Counted from the first letter of the stretch, positions 1-12,954 are shown. The stretch: DNA of 64,000 nucleotides from the human T2T-CHM13v2.0 reference genome, Homo sapiens (GCA_009914755.4 CP068257.2:6528001-6592000), one strand, 5' to 3'. A program made the numbers and translations. The notes: generated by a model not told the origin, from the letters alone.

Positions 1-125
1 AGAAAATAACCTAGAAATGATGACTAGCTTTGTCTAATACCTCAGTTCTCACAAATACTCTAGATAAACTGTCAAAAATAAGTAAATGTAAATGGATAAA
101 TGTCTATACAAGACATTTTAATGTA

Positions 126-412
126 TTTTTGAAATTTTTTTGCGCCAATGTCTCTGCCTGTCACTCAGGCTGAAGTGCAGTGGCATGATCACAGCTCACT
201 GCAACCTTGACCTCCTGCACTCAAGGGATCCTCCCACCTCAACCTCCCAAGAAGCTGTTAATTACAGGCATGCAACACCATGGTCAGCTAACTTTTATTT
301 TTTCTGTAGAGTCAGCATCTCGCTATTTTGCTCAGGCTGGTCTCACGATACTCCTGCCTTGGCCTCCTAAAGTGTTGGGATTACAGGTGTGAGCCACCAT
401 GCCCAGCCTATT
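126..412 (-). mobile_element. Alu SINE, antisense orientation
   Basis: Reverse-complement Alu consensus (…gcctcccaaagtgttgggattacaggtgtgagccaccatgcccagcc), with the A-rich linker read as T-run. Confidence 0.9.
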
Positions 413-496
413 TTTGAAATTTTAGTTATGTTAAATTAAATAATAGATACTCATTAAATATCTGGGTTATTTCCAATTTAAAACTTATGTTTTAGC

Positions 497-808
<312 letters not shown>

Positions 809-1959
809 CTAAATTATGAAATCATTCTCATATGTAAGATACTGCTATATGACAATTCAAGATTTCTTTCTTCCTAAGTTTTTTATTAAAATAAGAGTTA
901 CTAAGTGTTAATATCTTGGTAGATATATGTGATTAAGACTACTAGATACAAGAGAAACAATTCTGTATGCAAAATGTATACGGGTTTTTCTTTCAGAGAA
1001 ATTAAATTTGCTTAGAGATTTTTAAGGATTATTTTAAATTGAAGGAATAAAAAAGATAGATAAAACTAAATGTGTATAAAAAGTTGGGGAAGATGGAAAA
1101 AATTATACAAGGTTATTAAAAGTTTATGTAAATCTTACCTCGAGGTCAAAACTGATTGAGATGAGATAGATTGTTTATAAAGTTTATTTAAATTAGCTGT
1201 AATATTAAAAACATAGTGATAAAAAGCAAAAAAAATTGGTTAAAACAACAAGGTTTTCTTAATGTATTTATTTGCTCATAATAAGAGGTAATAAATATTG
1301 ACTTTTAATCCTGATATCTGTTACTATAAAATCTTTTCAGATTTGTATATCAGAAGTTCAACATTTCCTGTACTTTCATGTTACACATGACTCACAGATC
1401 ACATAATTGTCTTCTGTTTCTTCTTGAGAAGGAATAAAAGGCTTGGGTTTCCTGCTTGGCTGGGATGATAACTCCTTCAGCTTTTTCATCAGGTCTAATT
1501 TTGTACTCTTGGCTTTTAAATATGTCTTAATTACTTCATGTAACCAGGAAACTTCCATGCTATCATTGTGAGCTATGGATCCCCACTGCTCTATGCTCTG
1601 GTTTTCCTGTTTACATTCCTCTGTAATATTATGCTCACTCATGACCCTGGACACACTCTTTCTATGTCTAATTAAATTCAAGTCTCCTTGTCATCGGTTT
1701 GACTTCCAAGTGATTTAAATTAGCTTCCCATAAGAAGACACAATTATGCCACAGGAGCTTTTACCCTTTAAATGACTGGCCTGTAATAAATATTTTAGGT
1801 TTTACCAAGATAATCCATGTGTTGCCTTTATTTTTTTTTAATTACTTGGGAAAACTGAGGGTTTTCAGTTTTCACTTCCATGTAACCTTCTATGTTGCTT
1901 TTGATGTCTTTTGGTTGTCATGCTAATTAAATGAATGTTATTTAAAAATGACATGTGGC

Positions 1960-2278
<319 letters not shown>

Positions 2279-2376
2279 TTAGGTCAAATGTTTTCAATTT
2301 TTTGACATCTTTGCTAAAACTTAGTTGGTAACATTGTATGGGAAGCATTGCCAAAAGATAAATAACACTAAATCTT

Positions 2377-2672
2377 CTTTTTTTTTCTCTGAGACAGAAT
2401 CTTGCTTTGTCACCCAGTCTGGAGTGCTGTGGCATGATCTAGGTTCACTGCAAATTCTGCCCCAAGGTTCAAGCAATTCTTCTGCCTCAACCTCCCAAGT
2501 AGCTGGGACTACAGACACGTGCCACCATGCCCGGCTAATTTTGTATTTTTAGTAGAGACAAGATTTCTCCATGTTGGCCAGGCAGGTGTCGAACTCCTGA
2601 CCTCTGATGATCTGTCCAACTTGGCCTCCCAAAGTGTTGGGATTATAGGCATGAGCCACTGTGCCCAGCTTA
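2377..2672 (-). mobile_element. Alu SINE, antisense
   Basis: Leading poly-T followed by reverse-complement Alu. Confidence 0.9.
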
Positions 2673-3042
2673 AATCTTCTTTTGGTTACTTTTATAGGTA
2701 TGTTATTAATATAAATATTTTAAACCTTATATAAATTGTAAAAATCTAATAGGGTTTCAGTCATAATTTTGATGATGTTAAATATTTTCTAAAGTTGTAT
2801 GTGTATAGATATATTATTAATATAAATATTCTAAAAATTATATAAAATTTGTGGAAGTCTGATGGATCTGATGCGTTGCCATCAGTCATGATTCTGGCTG
2901 TGATCTTAAAATGCTACATATAATACAAATAACTAAATTTTCTTGAGATTTGAGAACTTCCACTGGATTTTAACCAAAGGCTATTCTAAGTTTTTCTCAT
3001 CCACGGTGATTGATTAAAGTTCTTCTCTAAAACCCTTTACAG

Positions 3043-3385
3043 GCCGGGCATGGTGCTGGAGGCCATGCAGGGCACAGTGCTGGGCATGGTGCAGGGCATG
3101 GTGGCTCATGCGTGTAAATATCCCAGCACTTTGCAAGGCCGAGGTGGGTGAATTGCTTAAACTAAGAAGTTTGAAAGCAGCCTAGGCAACATGGTAAAAT
3201 CCTGTCTCTACAAAAATACAAAAATTAGCCAGGCATGATGATGCATGCCTATGGTCCCAGCTACTTCGGAGGGTGAGGTAGGAGGATGGCTTGAGTTTGG
3301 GAGGGAGAGATTGCAGTGAACCAAGATCATGCCACTGCACTCCACCCTGAGTGATAGAGCCAGACCGTGTCTCAAAAAAAAAAAA
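3043..3385 (+). mobile_element. Alu SINE with 5' microduplication (gggcatggtg…)
   Basis: Alu consensus; the 5' end repeats ggcatggtgc(a/t)gg several times; poly-A at 3375. Confidence 0.85.
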
Positions 3386-4139
3386 GCCTTTACAATCAGC
3401 TATCATCTAAATTACTTTTAATGGAAAGGATTCTGACAAGTTCTCTTAAATATGGTTTCAGATAAATTTGGGGATCATACCATTGGACTACGAAAATCTT
3501 CCAGGACTCTAAAAAGCTGAATGAGAATTTCTAATTGAAATCAAGCAAAACACAAAAAACTGAATGAGAATTGCTATTTGAAATCAAGCAGAACAAGATT
3601 TAGTTATATGGGACTGAACTTATAAAAGAAGGAAAAGATTTTATCCATGGCCCTTCCATTAGAAACATTGTTGATCCTCTTTATGTTTTGTTTTCCAAAG
3701 TCAAGAATTTTTTTTCTTTTCAGCTATTTTTAACTTACAATACATTAGATAAACTACATTGTGAACAAAAATTTGAGCCATTTATCTGTCTCTCTAGCTG
3801 ATTTCTCCAGAATTCAGAAGCCATTCGTGAGCATTCTTAAATTATGGCAATATAATTATTTACATAATTTCAATAAGAATCTGTTTTTGGTAACAAGATT
3901 CAATTGGAGACACTGTTTGTTTTATCAAGGCTTTAACTCGAATGGCAGATACAACCAGACCACTTTAAGGAATTGAGGTTGACTTTATAGCACCAATACA
4001 AAGTCCCTTAGAATGACTGGCTTGATGTCCTGTCTACAAAGGTCCTTTACAAAGTTGCTATCTTTGTGGTAAGAAGTAAAGAATGTCACTTTCTGAAGGG
4101 CCCAGGAACCTCAAGATATTTGGGGACCTTGAGAAGAGA

Positions 4140-5470
4140 GGACTACACCCATTCATTAAAGTATTACAGGAGATCTGGCAAGATTTCTGAATAGGAACAG
4201 CTCCGGCCTGCAGCACCCAGTGAGATCAACACAGAAGTCAGGTGGTTCATGCATTTCCAACTGAGCCTCCACTGGTGATACCGAGGCAAAAAGGGTCTGG
4301 AGTGGACCTCCAGCAAACTCGAGCAAACCTGCATCAGAGGGACCTGACTGTTAGAAGGAAAACTAACAAACAGAAAAGAATAGTATAGACATCACCAACA
4401 TCAAAGACCAAAGGTAAATAAATCCACAAAGATGGGGAGAAACCAGTGCAAAAATGCTGAAAACTCCAAAAGTCAGAATGCCTCTTCTCCTCCAGAAGAT
4501 CACAACTCCCCGCCAGCAAGGGAACAGAACTGGACAGACAATGAGTTTGACGAATTGACAGAAGTAGGCTTCGGAAGGTGGGTAATAAAAAACTCCTCCG
4601 AGCTAAAGGAGCACGTTCTAACCCAATGCAAGGAAGCTAAGAGTCTGAAAAATAAAGGTTAGACGAATTGTTAACTAGAATAACCAGTTTAGAGAAGAAT
4701 ATAAATGACCTGATGGAGCTGAAAAACCCAGCACAAGAACTTCATGAAGCATACACAAGTATCAATAGTTGATTCAATCAATCAGGAGAAAGGATATCAG
4801 AGATTAAAGATCAACTCAATGAAATAAAGAAAGAAGGCAAGATTAGAGAAAAAAGAGTGAAAAGAAATGAACAAAGCCTCCAAGAAATAGAGGACTATGT
4901 TAAAATACTGAATCTACGTTTGATTGGTGTACCTAAAAGTGACAGAAAGAATGGAACCAAGTTGGAAAAAACTCTTAAGGATATTATCCAGGAGAACTTC
5001 CCCAACATAGCAAGACAGGCCAACATTCAAATTCAGGAAATACAGAGAACACCACTAAGATACTCCTCAAGAAGAGCAACCCCAAGAAACAAAATCATCA
5101 GATTCACCAAGGTTGAAATGAAGGAAAAAATATTAAGGGCATCCAGAGAGAAAGGTTGAGTTACCCACAAAGGGAAGTCCGTCAGACTAACAGTGGATCT
5201 CTTGGCAGAAAACCTACAAGACAGAAGAGAGTGGGGGCCAATACACAACATTCCTAAAGAAAAGAATTTTCAAGCCAGAATTTCATATCCAGCCAAACTA
5301 AGATTCATAATTGAAGGAGAAATAAAATCCTTTACAAGCAAATGCAGAGAGATATTGTCACCACCAGGCCTGCCTTACAAGAGCTCCTGAAGGAAGCACT
5401 AAACATGGAAAGGAACAACTGGTAACAGCCACTGCAAAAACATACCAAATTATAAAGACTATTGACTCCC
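4140..5470 (+). mobile_element. L1 LINE 5' portion (5'UTR remnant plus ORF1), 3'-truncated at about 5470
   Basis: 5'UTR-like gaataggaacagctccgg…; ORF1 motifs RNEQSLQEIEDYVK…RFTKVEMKEKILRA and SYPAKL…EGEIK…ALNME; L1 homology stops abruptly at about 5470. Confidence 0.8.
4432..5425 (+). pseudogene. Degenerate L1 ORF1 (frameshifted)
   Basis: MGRNQCKNAENSKSQNA…, then a frameshifted continuation KRNEQSLQEIEDY…; ORF1 is split across frames. Confidence 0.7.
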
Positions 5471-7508
5471 TCTGAAATCTGGGCGTGGTGGGGGAGTAGC
5501 TGGGACAGACAGGAGAGTCCCAGGGGGCTGGGGGTGAAGACATGAGAGAGACAGGGGAGTAACTCAGTGAAACTGCTGAGTTTGTAGGTGATACCTGGGT
5601 GCCTGGAACTGACTCCTGCTGAAATCTGGGCATGGTTGGAGAGTAGCTGGGACCCACAGGAGAGTCCCTGAGGGCTGGGGGTGAAGACATGAGAGAGACC
5701 GGGGAGTAACTGAGTGAAACTGGTGAGTTTGGTGGTGACTCCGGGGTGCCTGGAACTGACTCCAGCTGAAATGTGGGCGTGGTTGGAGAGTAGCTGGGAC
5801 AGACAGGAGAGTCCCTGAGGGCTGGTGAAGACGTGAGAGAGACTGGAGAGTAATTGAGTGAAATTTGTGAGTTTGGTGGTGATTCCTGGGTGCCTGCAAC
5901 TGACTCCCGCTGAAGTGTGGGCGTGGTTGGAAGGTAGCTGGGACACACAGGAGAGTTACTGAGGGTTGGAGATAAAGACGTGCTAGAGACTGAGGAGTAA
6001 CTGAGTGAAATTGGTGAGTTTGGTGGTGATTCCGGGGTGCCTGGAACTGACTCCAGCTGCAATGTGGGCGTGGTTGGAGAGTAGCTGGGACAGACGGGAG
6101 AGTCCCTGAGGGATGGTGAAGACATGAGAGAGACTGAGGAGTAATGCAGTGAAATTGGTGAGTTTGGTGGTGATTTCTGGGTGCCTGCAACGGACTCCCG
6201 CTGAAGTGTGGGCGTGTTTGGAGAGTAGCTGGCACAGAGAGGCGAGTCCCTGAGGGTTGGAGATAAAGACCTGCTAGAGACTGGGGAGTAACTCAGTGAA
6301 AGTGGTGGGCTTGGCGGTGATCCCTGGGTTCCTGGAACTGACCCGCTCTGAAATGTGGGCGTGGTTGGAGAGTAGCTGGGACAGACTGGAGGGTCCGTAA
6401 GGCCTGGGGGTGAAGACGTGAGAGAGACTGGCCAGGATCTCACTGAGGTCTGTGAGTTTGTAGGTGTTTCTGGGGTGTGGGGTACAGACTCCCGCTGATA
6501 TCTGGGCATGGTTGGAGAGTAGCTGGGACAGACAGGAGAGTCATGGGTGGCTGGGGGTGAGCTGCTGGATGACGGCAGTAAGAACATATGGTATATTATT
6601 GATGAATGAGGTGACTGTGAAGAATCTCCACAGGAGGACACCGGAGAACACAATGATATGAGTGACTGTCCTGCTTGGTTAGGAAAGGGAAACGTAAAGC
6701 TGTGGAATTCTGTTGATGATGGATGTGAGAGTGGTGAAGCCCTGCGGGATGATGTAGAGTACTTCCACATCCCTGGTGAGGAGCTACCCCTTGGGTCTGA
6801 CTTTCTGGGATGGGAGAGGGAGAAGGTGGGTGAGGCAGGCATGAATCTTGAGGAGTCAGGCCTGGGGGACCGCTCATATTCTCCCGAGACCTGTGAGTCT
6901 CTGGGGGACTCCTGGGTGCATGGGGCTGACTCCCGCAGGAACCTGGGGATGGCTGGAGAGTTACTGGGAGCCACAGGAGAGTCCCTGAGTACTGGGGGTG
7001 AAGAGATGAAAGACACAGGGGTGGAGCACCGTGAGGCTCGTGAGTCTGTAGGTGATTCCTGGGTGTGGGGGGCTGACTCCAGCTGAAATCTGGGGTTGTT
7101 TGGAGAGCAGTTGGGAGACACAGCAGAACCCCGGAGAGTTGGGGGTGAGCTGCTGGGTGATGGCAGTAAGAACATGTGGTATATTATTGATGAACGTGGG
7201 GACTCTGAGGAATCCTCAGAGGAGGACACGGGAGAGCCCGATGGCTTCATTGATTGCCCATCACGGTGAGGACAGGGAAATGGGAGCTTCTGGGATTCTG
7301 GTGATGACACAGGTGAGTGTGGTGAAGCCCTAGGGGATGGTGAATGGTAGCTCCGGATCCCTGGTGAGGAGCTTCCCCTTAAGCCTGAGTTTCTGAGAGG
7401 GGAGAGGGAGAAGCTGGGTGAGGCTCGCATGGACCTTGGGGAGTCCGGGCTGGGGGACCGTTCATAAGAAGAGCCAGACAAGACCCTACTGTTCTTAGGT
7501 GCAGACAT
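5358..7508 (-). CDS. Hypothetical intronless ORF (716 aa) made of diverged 47-aa Ser/Thr/Pro-rich repeats. Copy 1 is inverted; its last ~110 nt and stop codon lie in the adjoining L1
   Basis: Longest ORF in the window. Core repeat RDSPVCPSYSPTTPTLQ(R/L)ESVPGT(P/Q)ESPPNSPISLSYS(S/P)VS… is 141 nt and occurs about 6 times in near-identical form plus several diverged units. ATG sits about 330 nt downstream of a TATA element. No family recognised. Confidence 0.3.
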   Translation of the reverse strand: MSAPKNSRVLSGSSYERSPSPDSPRSMRASPSFSLSPLRNSGLRGSSSPGIRSYHSPSPRASPHSPVSSPESQKLPFPCPHRDGQSMKPSGSPVSSSEDSSESPRSSIIYHMFLLPSPSSSPPTLRGSAVSPNCSPNNPRFQLESAPHTQESPTDSRASRCSTPVSFISSPPVLRDSPVAPSNSPAIPRFLRESAPCTQESPRDSQVSGEYERSPRPDSSRFMPASPTFSLSHPRKSDPRGSSSPGMWKYSTSSRRASPLSHPSSTEFHSFTFPFPNQAGQSLISLCSPVSSCGDSSQSPHSSIIYHMFLLPSSSSSPPATHDSPVCPSYSPTMPRYQRESVPHTPETPTNSQTSVRSWPVSLTSSPPGLTDPPVCPSYSPTTPTFQSGSVPGTQGSPPSPPLSLSYSPVSSRSLSPTLRDSPLCASYSPNTPTLQRESVAGTQKSPPNSPISLHYSSVSLMSSPSLRDSPVCPSYSPTTPTLQLESVPGTPESPPNSPISLSYSSVSSTSLSPTLSNSPVCPSYLPTTPTLQRESVAGTQESPPNSQISLNYSPVSLTSSPALRDSPVCPSYSPTTPTFQLESVPGTPESPPNSPVSLSYSPVSLMSSPPALRDSPVGPSYSPTMPRFQQESVPGTQVSPTNSAVSLSYSPVSLMSSPPAPWDSPVCPSYSPTTPRFQRESIVFIIWYVFAVAVTSCSFPCLVLPSGALVRQAWW

Positions 7509-7561
7509 GATTAGGAAACCTACAGCTCCCAGGGGCCCCTACTAATTTTCTAACTCGCAGA

Positions 7562-7730
7562 ACGAAGGAGTGTGTGTGCGTGTGTGTGAGTGTGTGCGTG
7601 TGTGTGCGTGTGTGTGTGTCTGTGTGTGTGCAGTGTGAGGTATGTCCCCCTTAAGAAAATGGAAATCAACCAACCAAAGAGACAGACACACAGACAGACA
7701 CACAGACAGACAGACAGACAGACAGAGATT
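7562..7730. repeat. Compound microsatellite (GT)n…(CAGA)n in the putative 5'UTR of copy 1
   Basis: gtgtgtgtgcgtgtgtgtgag… and gacagacacacagacagacagacagaca. Confidence 0.85.
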
Positions 7731-7875
7731 CACTTGCCCAAGTGTTCTGTCCTGTCCTCTGAATCCGCTTCCAAGTCGCAAGACGCCGTGAGCTCCAAGT
7801 CCACGCAGAGTCCGCCAAACGCTCCGGCCGCTGATCCGCTCCGCGAAGATCTGAGTACAGGCCAGCCAGGGTGGG

Positions 7876-7884
7876 TTTAAATAG
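7876..7884 (-). promoter_or_regulatory. TATA-like element (reverse complement ctatttaaa) in a CpG-enriched segment, about 30 bp upstream of a candidate TSS for ORF copy 1
   Basis: Plus strand reads tttaaatag. The surrounding 7780-7930 is CpG-rich (cgccgtgagctccaagtccacgcagagtccgccaaacgctccggccgctgatccgctccgcg). Mirror image of 15811-15819. Confidence 0.35.
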
Positions 7885-9109
7885 CCTCGGGCGCAGCCTA
7901 GCAGCGGAAAGGGCGGAGCTTCACTCCTCCTTTCCATCAGTCACCCCCAACTTTCCCAGGCTACACCTCATAGGAAACTATTCTCCTGCTTTGATTTCAT
8001 GCGCCACCTTTGGGACAATCTAAGAACTTCCAAGTTTTCTTGGCCAGATATATTAGGAATTGTATGCACTGAAACACTGAAAACCAACCAGTGGTTCTGT
8101 GGTTCCCACGTTGTGGTTGCGACACCAGCAGCATCCTTGCCACAATCAAATCCCGGACATCCACAGATGTGTGTTGCAACAAGACCTCCCCCTGACCCTG
8201 ATGCATGGCAGTTTAAGAAGTCTTTCCGTGTAAGCAAAAAGACTTTGAAGAAAAAGTAGAGATATGCGTTGTATAAACATTCTTTTGCTCTGGAACCACG
8301 TGGAGACTTGGGAGCCAGTTGGGTGGAGCATTCGTTGCATGAGGGTGCTCCGGTGTGGAATATCAAGGTGTGTGTCCAGATAATCCAATCATCTAATTAA
8401 GAGTCCAGTTATCCTCATCTGTTTTAAAATTCCGTTTGGGTAACTTCTTTTAGTCAGACTGAGAATGGCAAAGCCTCAACCCCAATTTCCATGGAGGGTT
8501 GAGAGCCTCAGGTGGAGTTGATCACCAATAGCCTATGGTTTAACCCATCATGCCTATAGAATGAGGTCTCCATAAAAACCCAAAAGGACTGGGTTCAGAG
8601 AGCTTCTGGATAACACTTCCTGGAGGGCAGTGCGCCCCTCCCCACATGCTGGGCCCCACATTTATTTCTGAACTTTTTGCAATGTCCGCTAAAATACAAC
8701 GGCAAATGTAAGTGTTTCCCTGCGTGCTGTGAGCTCTTCCAGCCAATGAATGCAACTAAATCTGGGAGTGGTGGCAACCTGATTTATAGCCAGTTGCTGA
8801 GAAGCACAGGTAAAACAACGTAGGGCTTCCCGTTGTTATGAGTGTGGGAGGCCTGTCTGGCGGGACTCGGCCCTTTGGAATCTAATGCTATGTCCCGGTA
8901 GATAGCGTCACCATTGAATTAGAAGACACACATATGTTGAGAATAATCTTTCTGGTCATTTGCTGCATGTCTTATTTACAACATGTAATCAAATTCTTTA
9001 TCCTGACCTTATGGCACCTGGGTTGAGAACCATGATTTTAACCAAACATTGGTCTGTCACTTTCGGAGTTGGAAACTGTATTTTGCCTTTAGCGATTTGC
9101 TATTGCTTA

Positions 9110-9435
9110 TTCGTTTTCTTTTGTTTCGTTTCGTTTCTAAGTTCTGGGGTATATGTGCAGGATGTGCAGATTTGTTACTAAGGTAAACGTGGGCCATGGT
9201 GGTTTGCTGCACCTGTCAACCCATCACCTAGGTATTAAGCCCAGCATGCAGTAGCTGTTTTTCTTAACGCTCTGCCTCCCGAAAGGCCCCAGTGTGTGTT
9301 GTTCCCCTTCCAGTGTCCATGTGATCTCATTTTTCAGCTCCCATTATAAGTGAGAATGTGGAGTTTGGTTTTCTTTCCCTAGATCAGTTTGCTGAGGATA
9401 ATGACCACACATCACCACTGTTTTTGTTTTTTAGT
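9110..9435 (-). mobile_element. L1 3'-end fragment inside the duplicated upstream region
   Basis: ttctggggtatatgtgcaggatgtgcagatttgttactaaggtaaacgtg…cccattataagtgagaatgtgg is the reverse complement of the L1 3'UTR/ORF2 end. Confidence 0.7.
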
Positions 9436-9782
9436 ATAAAGAGTAGCATTTTATTGAATAAGATTTGCTCACAGAAAAATAAGCTTAAATCTACAATGAA
9501 TGCCAGACCTACAGCAGAGAGCAATTTTCTCACTTTTCCACACACAATGCTTCCTACTAAGTGAAAAAAAGCCATAAAATTTCATTCACAAATGTACTAC
9601 TCTGTCTCAAAACATCTCACATAATCATGCACTGTACTAAAGCCATTAGATCACTTCTTCAGTCAGGTTAAAGAAGTATCCCTCTAATAACTGACTTTTA
9701 TAATGCTATCAATATCCACTCCCAATCAGTCTGCTATTGTTAATGGTGTACAGCATTACTGAATACAATGGAATTGATGACA

Positions 9783-9830
9783 CCCATATCCACACACACA
9801 CACACACACACGCACACACACGCACACACA
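9783..9830. repeat. (CA)n microsatellite at the inversion junction between copy 1 and copy 2
   Basis: ccacacacacacacacacacacgcacacacacgcacacacac. On the left it joins the distal end of copy-1 upstream sequence; on the right it joins the 5'UTR of copy 2. Confidence 0.85.
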
Positions 9831-9892
9831 CTCCTTCTTTCTGCGAGTTAGAAAATTAGTAGGGGCCCCTGGGAGCTGCAGGTTTCCTAATC

Positions 9893-12800
9893 ATGTCTGC
9901 ACCTAAGCACAGTAGGGACTTGTCTGGCTCTTCTTATGAACGGTCCCCCAGCCTGGACTCCCCAAGGTCCATGCGAGCCTCACCCAGCTTCTCCCTCTCC
10001 CCTCTCAGAAACTCAGGCTTAAGGGGAAGCTCCTCACCAGGGATCCGGAGCTACCATTCACCATCCCCTAGGGCTTCACCACACTCACCTCTGTCATCAC
10101 CAGAATCCCACAAGCTCCCATTTCCCTGTCCTCACCGTGATGGGCAATCAATGAAGCCATCGGGCTCTCCCGTGTCCTCCTCTGAGGATTCCTCAGAGTC
10201 CCCACGTTCATCAATAATATACCACATGTTCTCACTGCCATCACCCAGCAGCTCACCCCCAGCTCTCGGGGGGTCTCCTGTGTCTCCCAGCTACTCCCCA
10301 AACAACCCCAGATTTCAGCTGGAGACAGCCCCCCACACCCAGGAATCACCTACAAACTCACGAGCCTCACGGTGCTCCACCACTGTGTCTTTCATCTCTT
10401 CACCCCCAGTACTCAGGGACTCTCCTGTGGCTCCCAGTTACTCTCCAGCCATCCCCAGGTTCCTGCGGGAGTCAGCCCCATGCACCCAGGAGTCCCCCAG
10501 AGACTCACATGTCTCGGGATAATATGAGCGGTCCCCCAGCCCTGACTCCTCAAGATTCATGCCTGCCTCACCCAGCTTCTCCCTCTCCCCTCCCAGAAAC
10601 TCAGACCCAAGGGGCAGCTCCTCACCAGGGATGTGGAAGTACTCTACATCATCCCGCAGGGCTTCACCACTCTCACATCCATCATCAACAGAATTCCACA
10701 GCTTTACGTTTCCCTTTCCTAACCAAGCAGGACAGTCACTCATGTCATTGTGTTCTCCCGTGTCCTCCTCTGGAGATTCTTCACAGTCACCTCATTCATC
10801 AATAATATACCATATGTTCTTACTGCCATCATCCAGCAGCTCACCCCCAGCCACCCATGACTCTCCTGTCTGTCCCAGCTACTCTCCAACCATGCCCAGA
10901 TTTCAGCGGGAGTCTGTACCCCACACCCCAGAAACACCTACAAACTCACAGACCTCAGTGAGATCCTGGCCAGTCTCTCTCACGTCTTCACCCCAGGCCT
11001 TACGGACCCTCCAGTCTGTCCCAGCTACTCTCCAACCACGCCCACATTTCAGAGCGGGTCAGTTCCAGGAACCCAGGGATCACCGCCAAGCCCACCACTT
11101 TCACTGAGTTACTCCCCAGTCTCTAGCACGTCCTTATCTCCAACCCTCAGGGACTCGCCTGACTGTCCCAGCTACTCTCCAAACACGCCCACACTCCAGC
11201 GGGAGTCCGTTGCAGGCACCCAGAAATCACCACCAAACTCACCAATTTCACTGCATTACTCCCCAGTCTCTCTCATGTCTTCACCATCCCTCAGGGACTC
11301 TCCCGTCTGTCCCAGCTACTCTCCAACCACGCCCACATTGCAGCTAGAGTCAGTTCCAGGCACCCCGGAATCACCACCAAACTCACCAATTTCACTCAGT
11401 TACTCCTCAGTCTCTAGCACGTCCTTATCTCCAACCCTCAGGGACTCTCCTGTGTGTCCCAGCTACTCTCCAACCACGCCCACACTTCAGCGGAAGTCAG
11501 TTCCAGGCACCCAGGAATCACCACCAAACTCACAAATTTCACTCAGTTACTCCTCAGTCTCTAGCACGTCTTTATCTCCAACCCTCAGGGACTCTCCTGT
11601 CTGTCCCAGCTACTCTCCAACCACGCCCACATTTCAGCTGGAGTCAGTTCCAGGCACCCCGGAGTCACCACCAAACTCACCAGTTTCACTCAGTTACTCC
11701 CCGGTCTCTCTCATGTCTTCACCCCCAGCCCTCAGGGACTCTCCTGTGGGTCCCAGCTACTCTCCAACCATGCCCAGATTTCAGCGGGAGTCAGTTCCAG
11801 GCACCCAGGTATCACCTACAAACTCAGCAGTTTCACTGAGTTACTCCCCAGTGTCTCTCATGTCTTCACCCCCAGCGCTCTGGACTCTCCTGTCTGTCCC
11901 AGCTACTCTCCCACCACGCCCAGATTTCAGCGGGAGTCAGCCTCCCACACTCCAGAATCACCTACGGACTCACAGACTTCACTGAGGTCCTCCCCGGTCT
12001 CTCTCAGGTCTTTGCCCTCAGCCCACAGGGACTCTCGTGTCTCTTTCAGCTACTCTCAAAACTTCTCTAGGTTCCAGCTGGAGTCAGTTCCAGGCACCCA
12101 CGATACACCACCGAACTCACGAATTTCACTGACTTACTCCCCAGTCTCCCTCATGTTGTCACCCGCAGCCCTCAGGGACTCTTCTGTCTCTCTCAGCTAC
12201 TCTCCAACCATCTCCAGATTTCACCTGGAGTCAGCTTCCCGCACCCAGGAATCACCTACAAACTCACGGACCTTACTGCAACCCTCCCCCATTTCTTTCA
12301 CCTCTTCACCCCCTGCCTTCAGGGACTCTCCTGGGTCTCCCAGCTTCTCTCCAGCCTTCCCCAGATTTCTGCCACAGTCAGCCCCAGGCACCCAGGACAA
12401 CCCTAGACACTCACAGGCCTCACGACACTATCTCCGTATGACCTGTACCTATACAGGGATGGCTCCCACGCATCCCTCAGTGACCCCAAACCCATCTCCA
12501 CCTACACTCAGACACTCCCAGGGCCTGACAGCTACTCCCCGTTATTGTCCTTCAGTTCGAAGCCCTGGCCAATCTACTACCCCACATGACGCAGTTACCT
12601 GGCCATTACTCCACGGTTCCCATGAGTGCCCCACACCCAGCCGCACAAGAGCCCCTCCTGCATTCCGTCCTCACACGCAGGCCTGTCCATCTACTTGCTA
12701 CTGTCACACTCTTGCCAGCAGAAGAGGCCCCTGTCATGGCCGATATCACCACCCAGTCTATCCTCACCCCACAGCTGTGCAAAGGGTCCCTCCTGCTGGC

Positions 12801-12954
12801 CCACGTGGCTGCCACATCCCATGCTGGCACGACGCTCCAGCAGGTCGGCGTCCCTGCGGGACACACTACCGGTGACATGGCTAGCATCACCCTCCTTCCT
12901 GGCAGTGACACTGTTGATGTGAACCCCAGTTTCACATCTGTCATTTGTAAATAG
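9893..12954 (+). pseudogene. S/T/P-rich repeat ORF, copy 2. Disrupted: nonsense at codon 210 plus several frameshifts
   Basis: ORFs 9893-10522, 10559-11107, 11275-11985 and 12012-12875 are collinear with copy 1/3 but lie in shifting frames. Confidence 0.4.

Larger units (their letters stand above)
5470..9780 (-). repeat. Inverted segmental-duplication arm (copy 1): ORF body plus 2.3 kb of upstream sequence
   Basis: Reverse-complement match to 13900-18215. Examples: ORFs 8540-8755(-) and 14940-15155(+) translate identically; 7968-8366(-) matches 15329-15754(+). Confidence 0.8.

Noticed and set aside
4857-5390. ORFs 4857-5159 and 5193-5390 as host genes
   Set aside because: They are fragments of L1 ORF1 (RNEQSLQEIEDY…, SYPAKL…EGEIK) split by frameshifts.
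5332-7333. Long ORFs on the opposite strand and in other frames across the S/T/P-rich repeat (for example 5564-6235, 5332-5946, 6658-7086, 7052-7333, and mirror images in copies 2 and 3)
   Set aside because: All fall inside the same 141-bp tandem repeat. Low-complexity, codon-biased repeats produce long stop-free stretches in several frames. Only the S/P-rich frame is collinear with an upstream TATA and ATG, so the others are treated as artefacts.
7997-8777. ORFs in the duplicated upstream region (7997-8206, 8146-8388, 8540-8755 and their mirrors 14918-15754)
   Set aside because: They are short and mutually overlapping, with no start context. They are conserved only because the whole segment is a recent duplication. 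Possibly LTR-derived promoter sequence, not coding.
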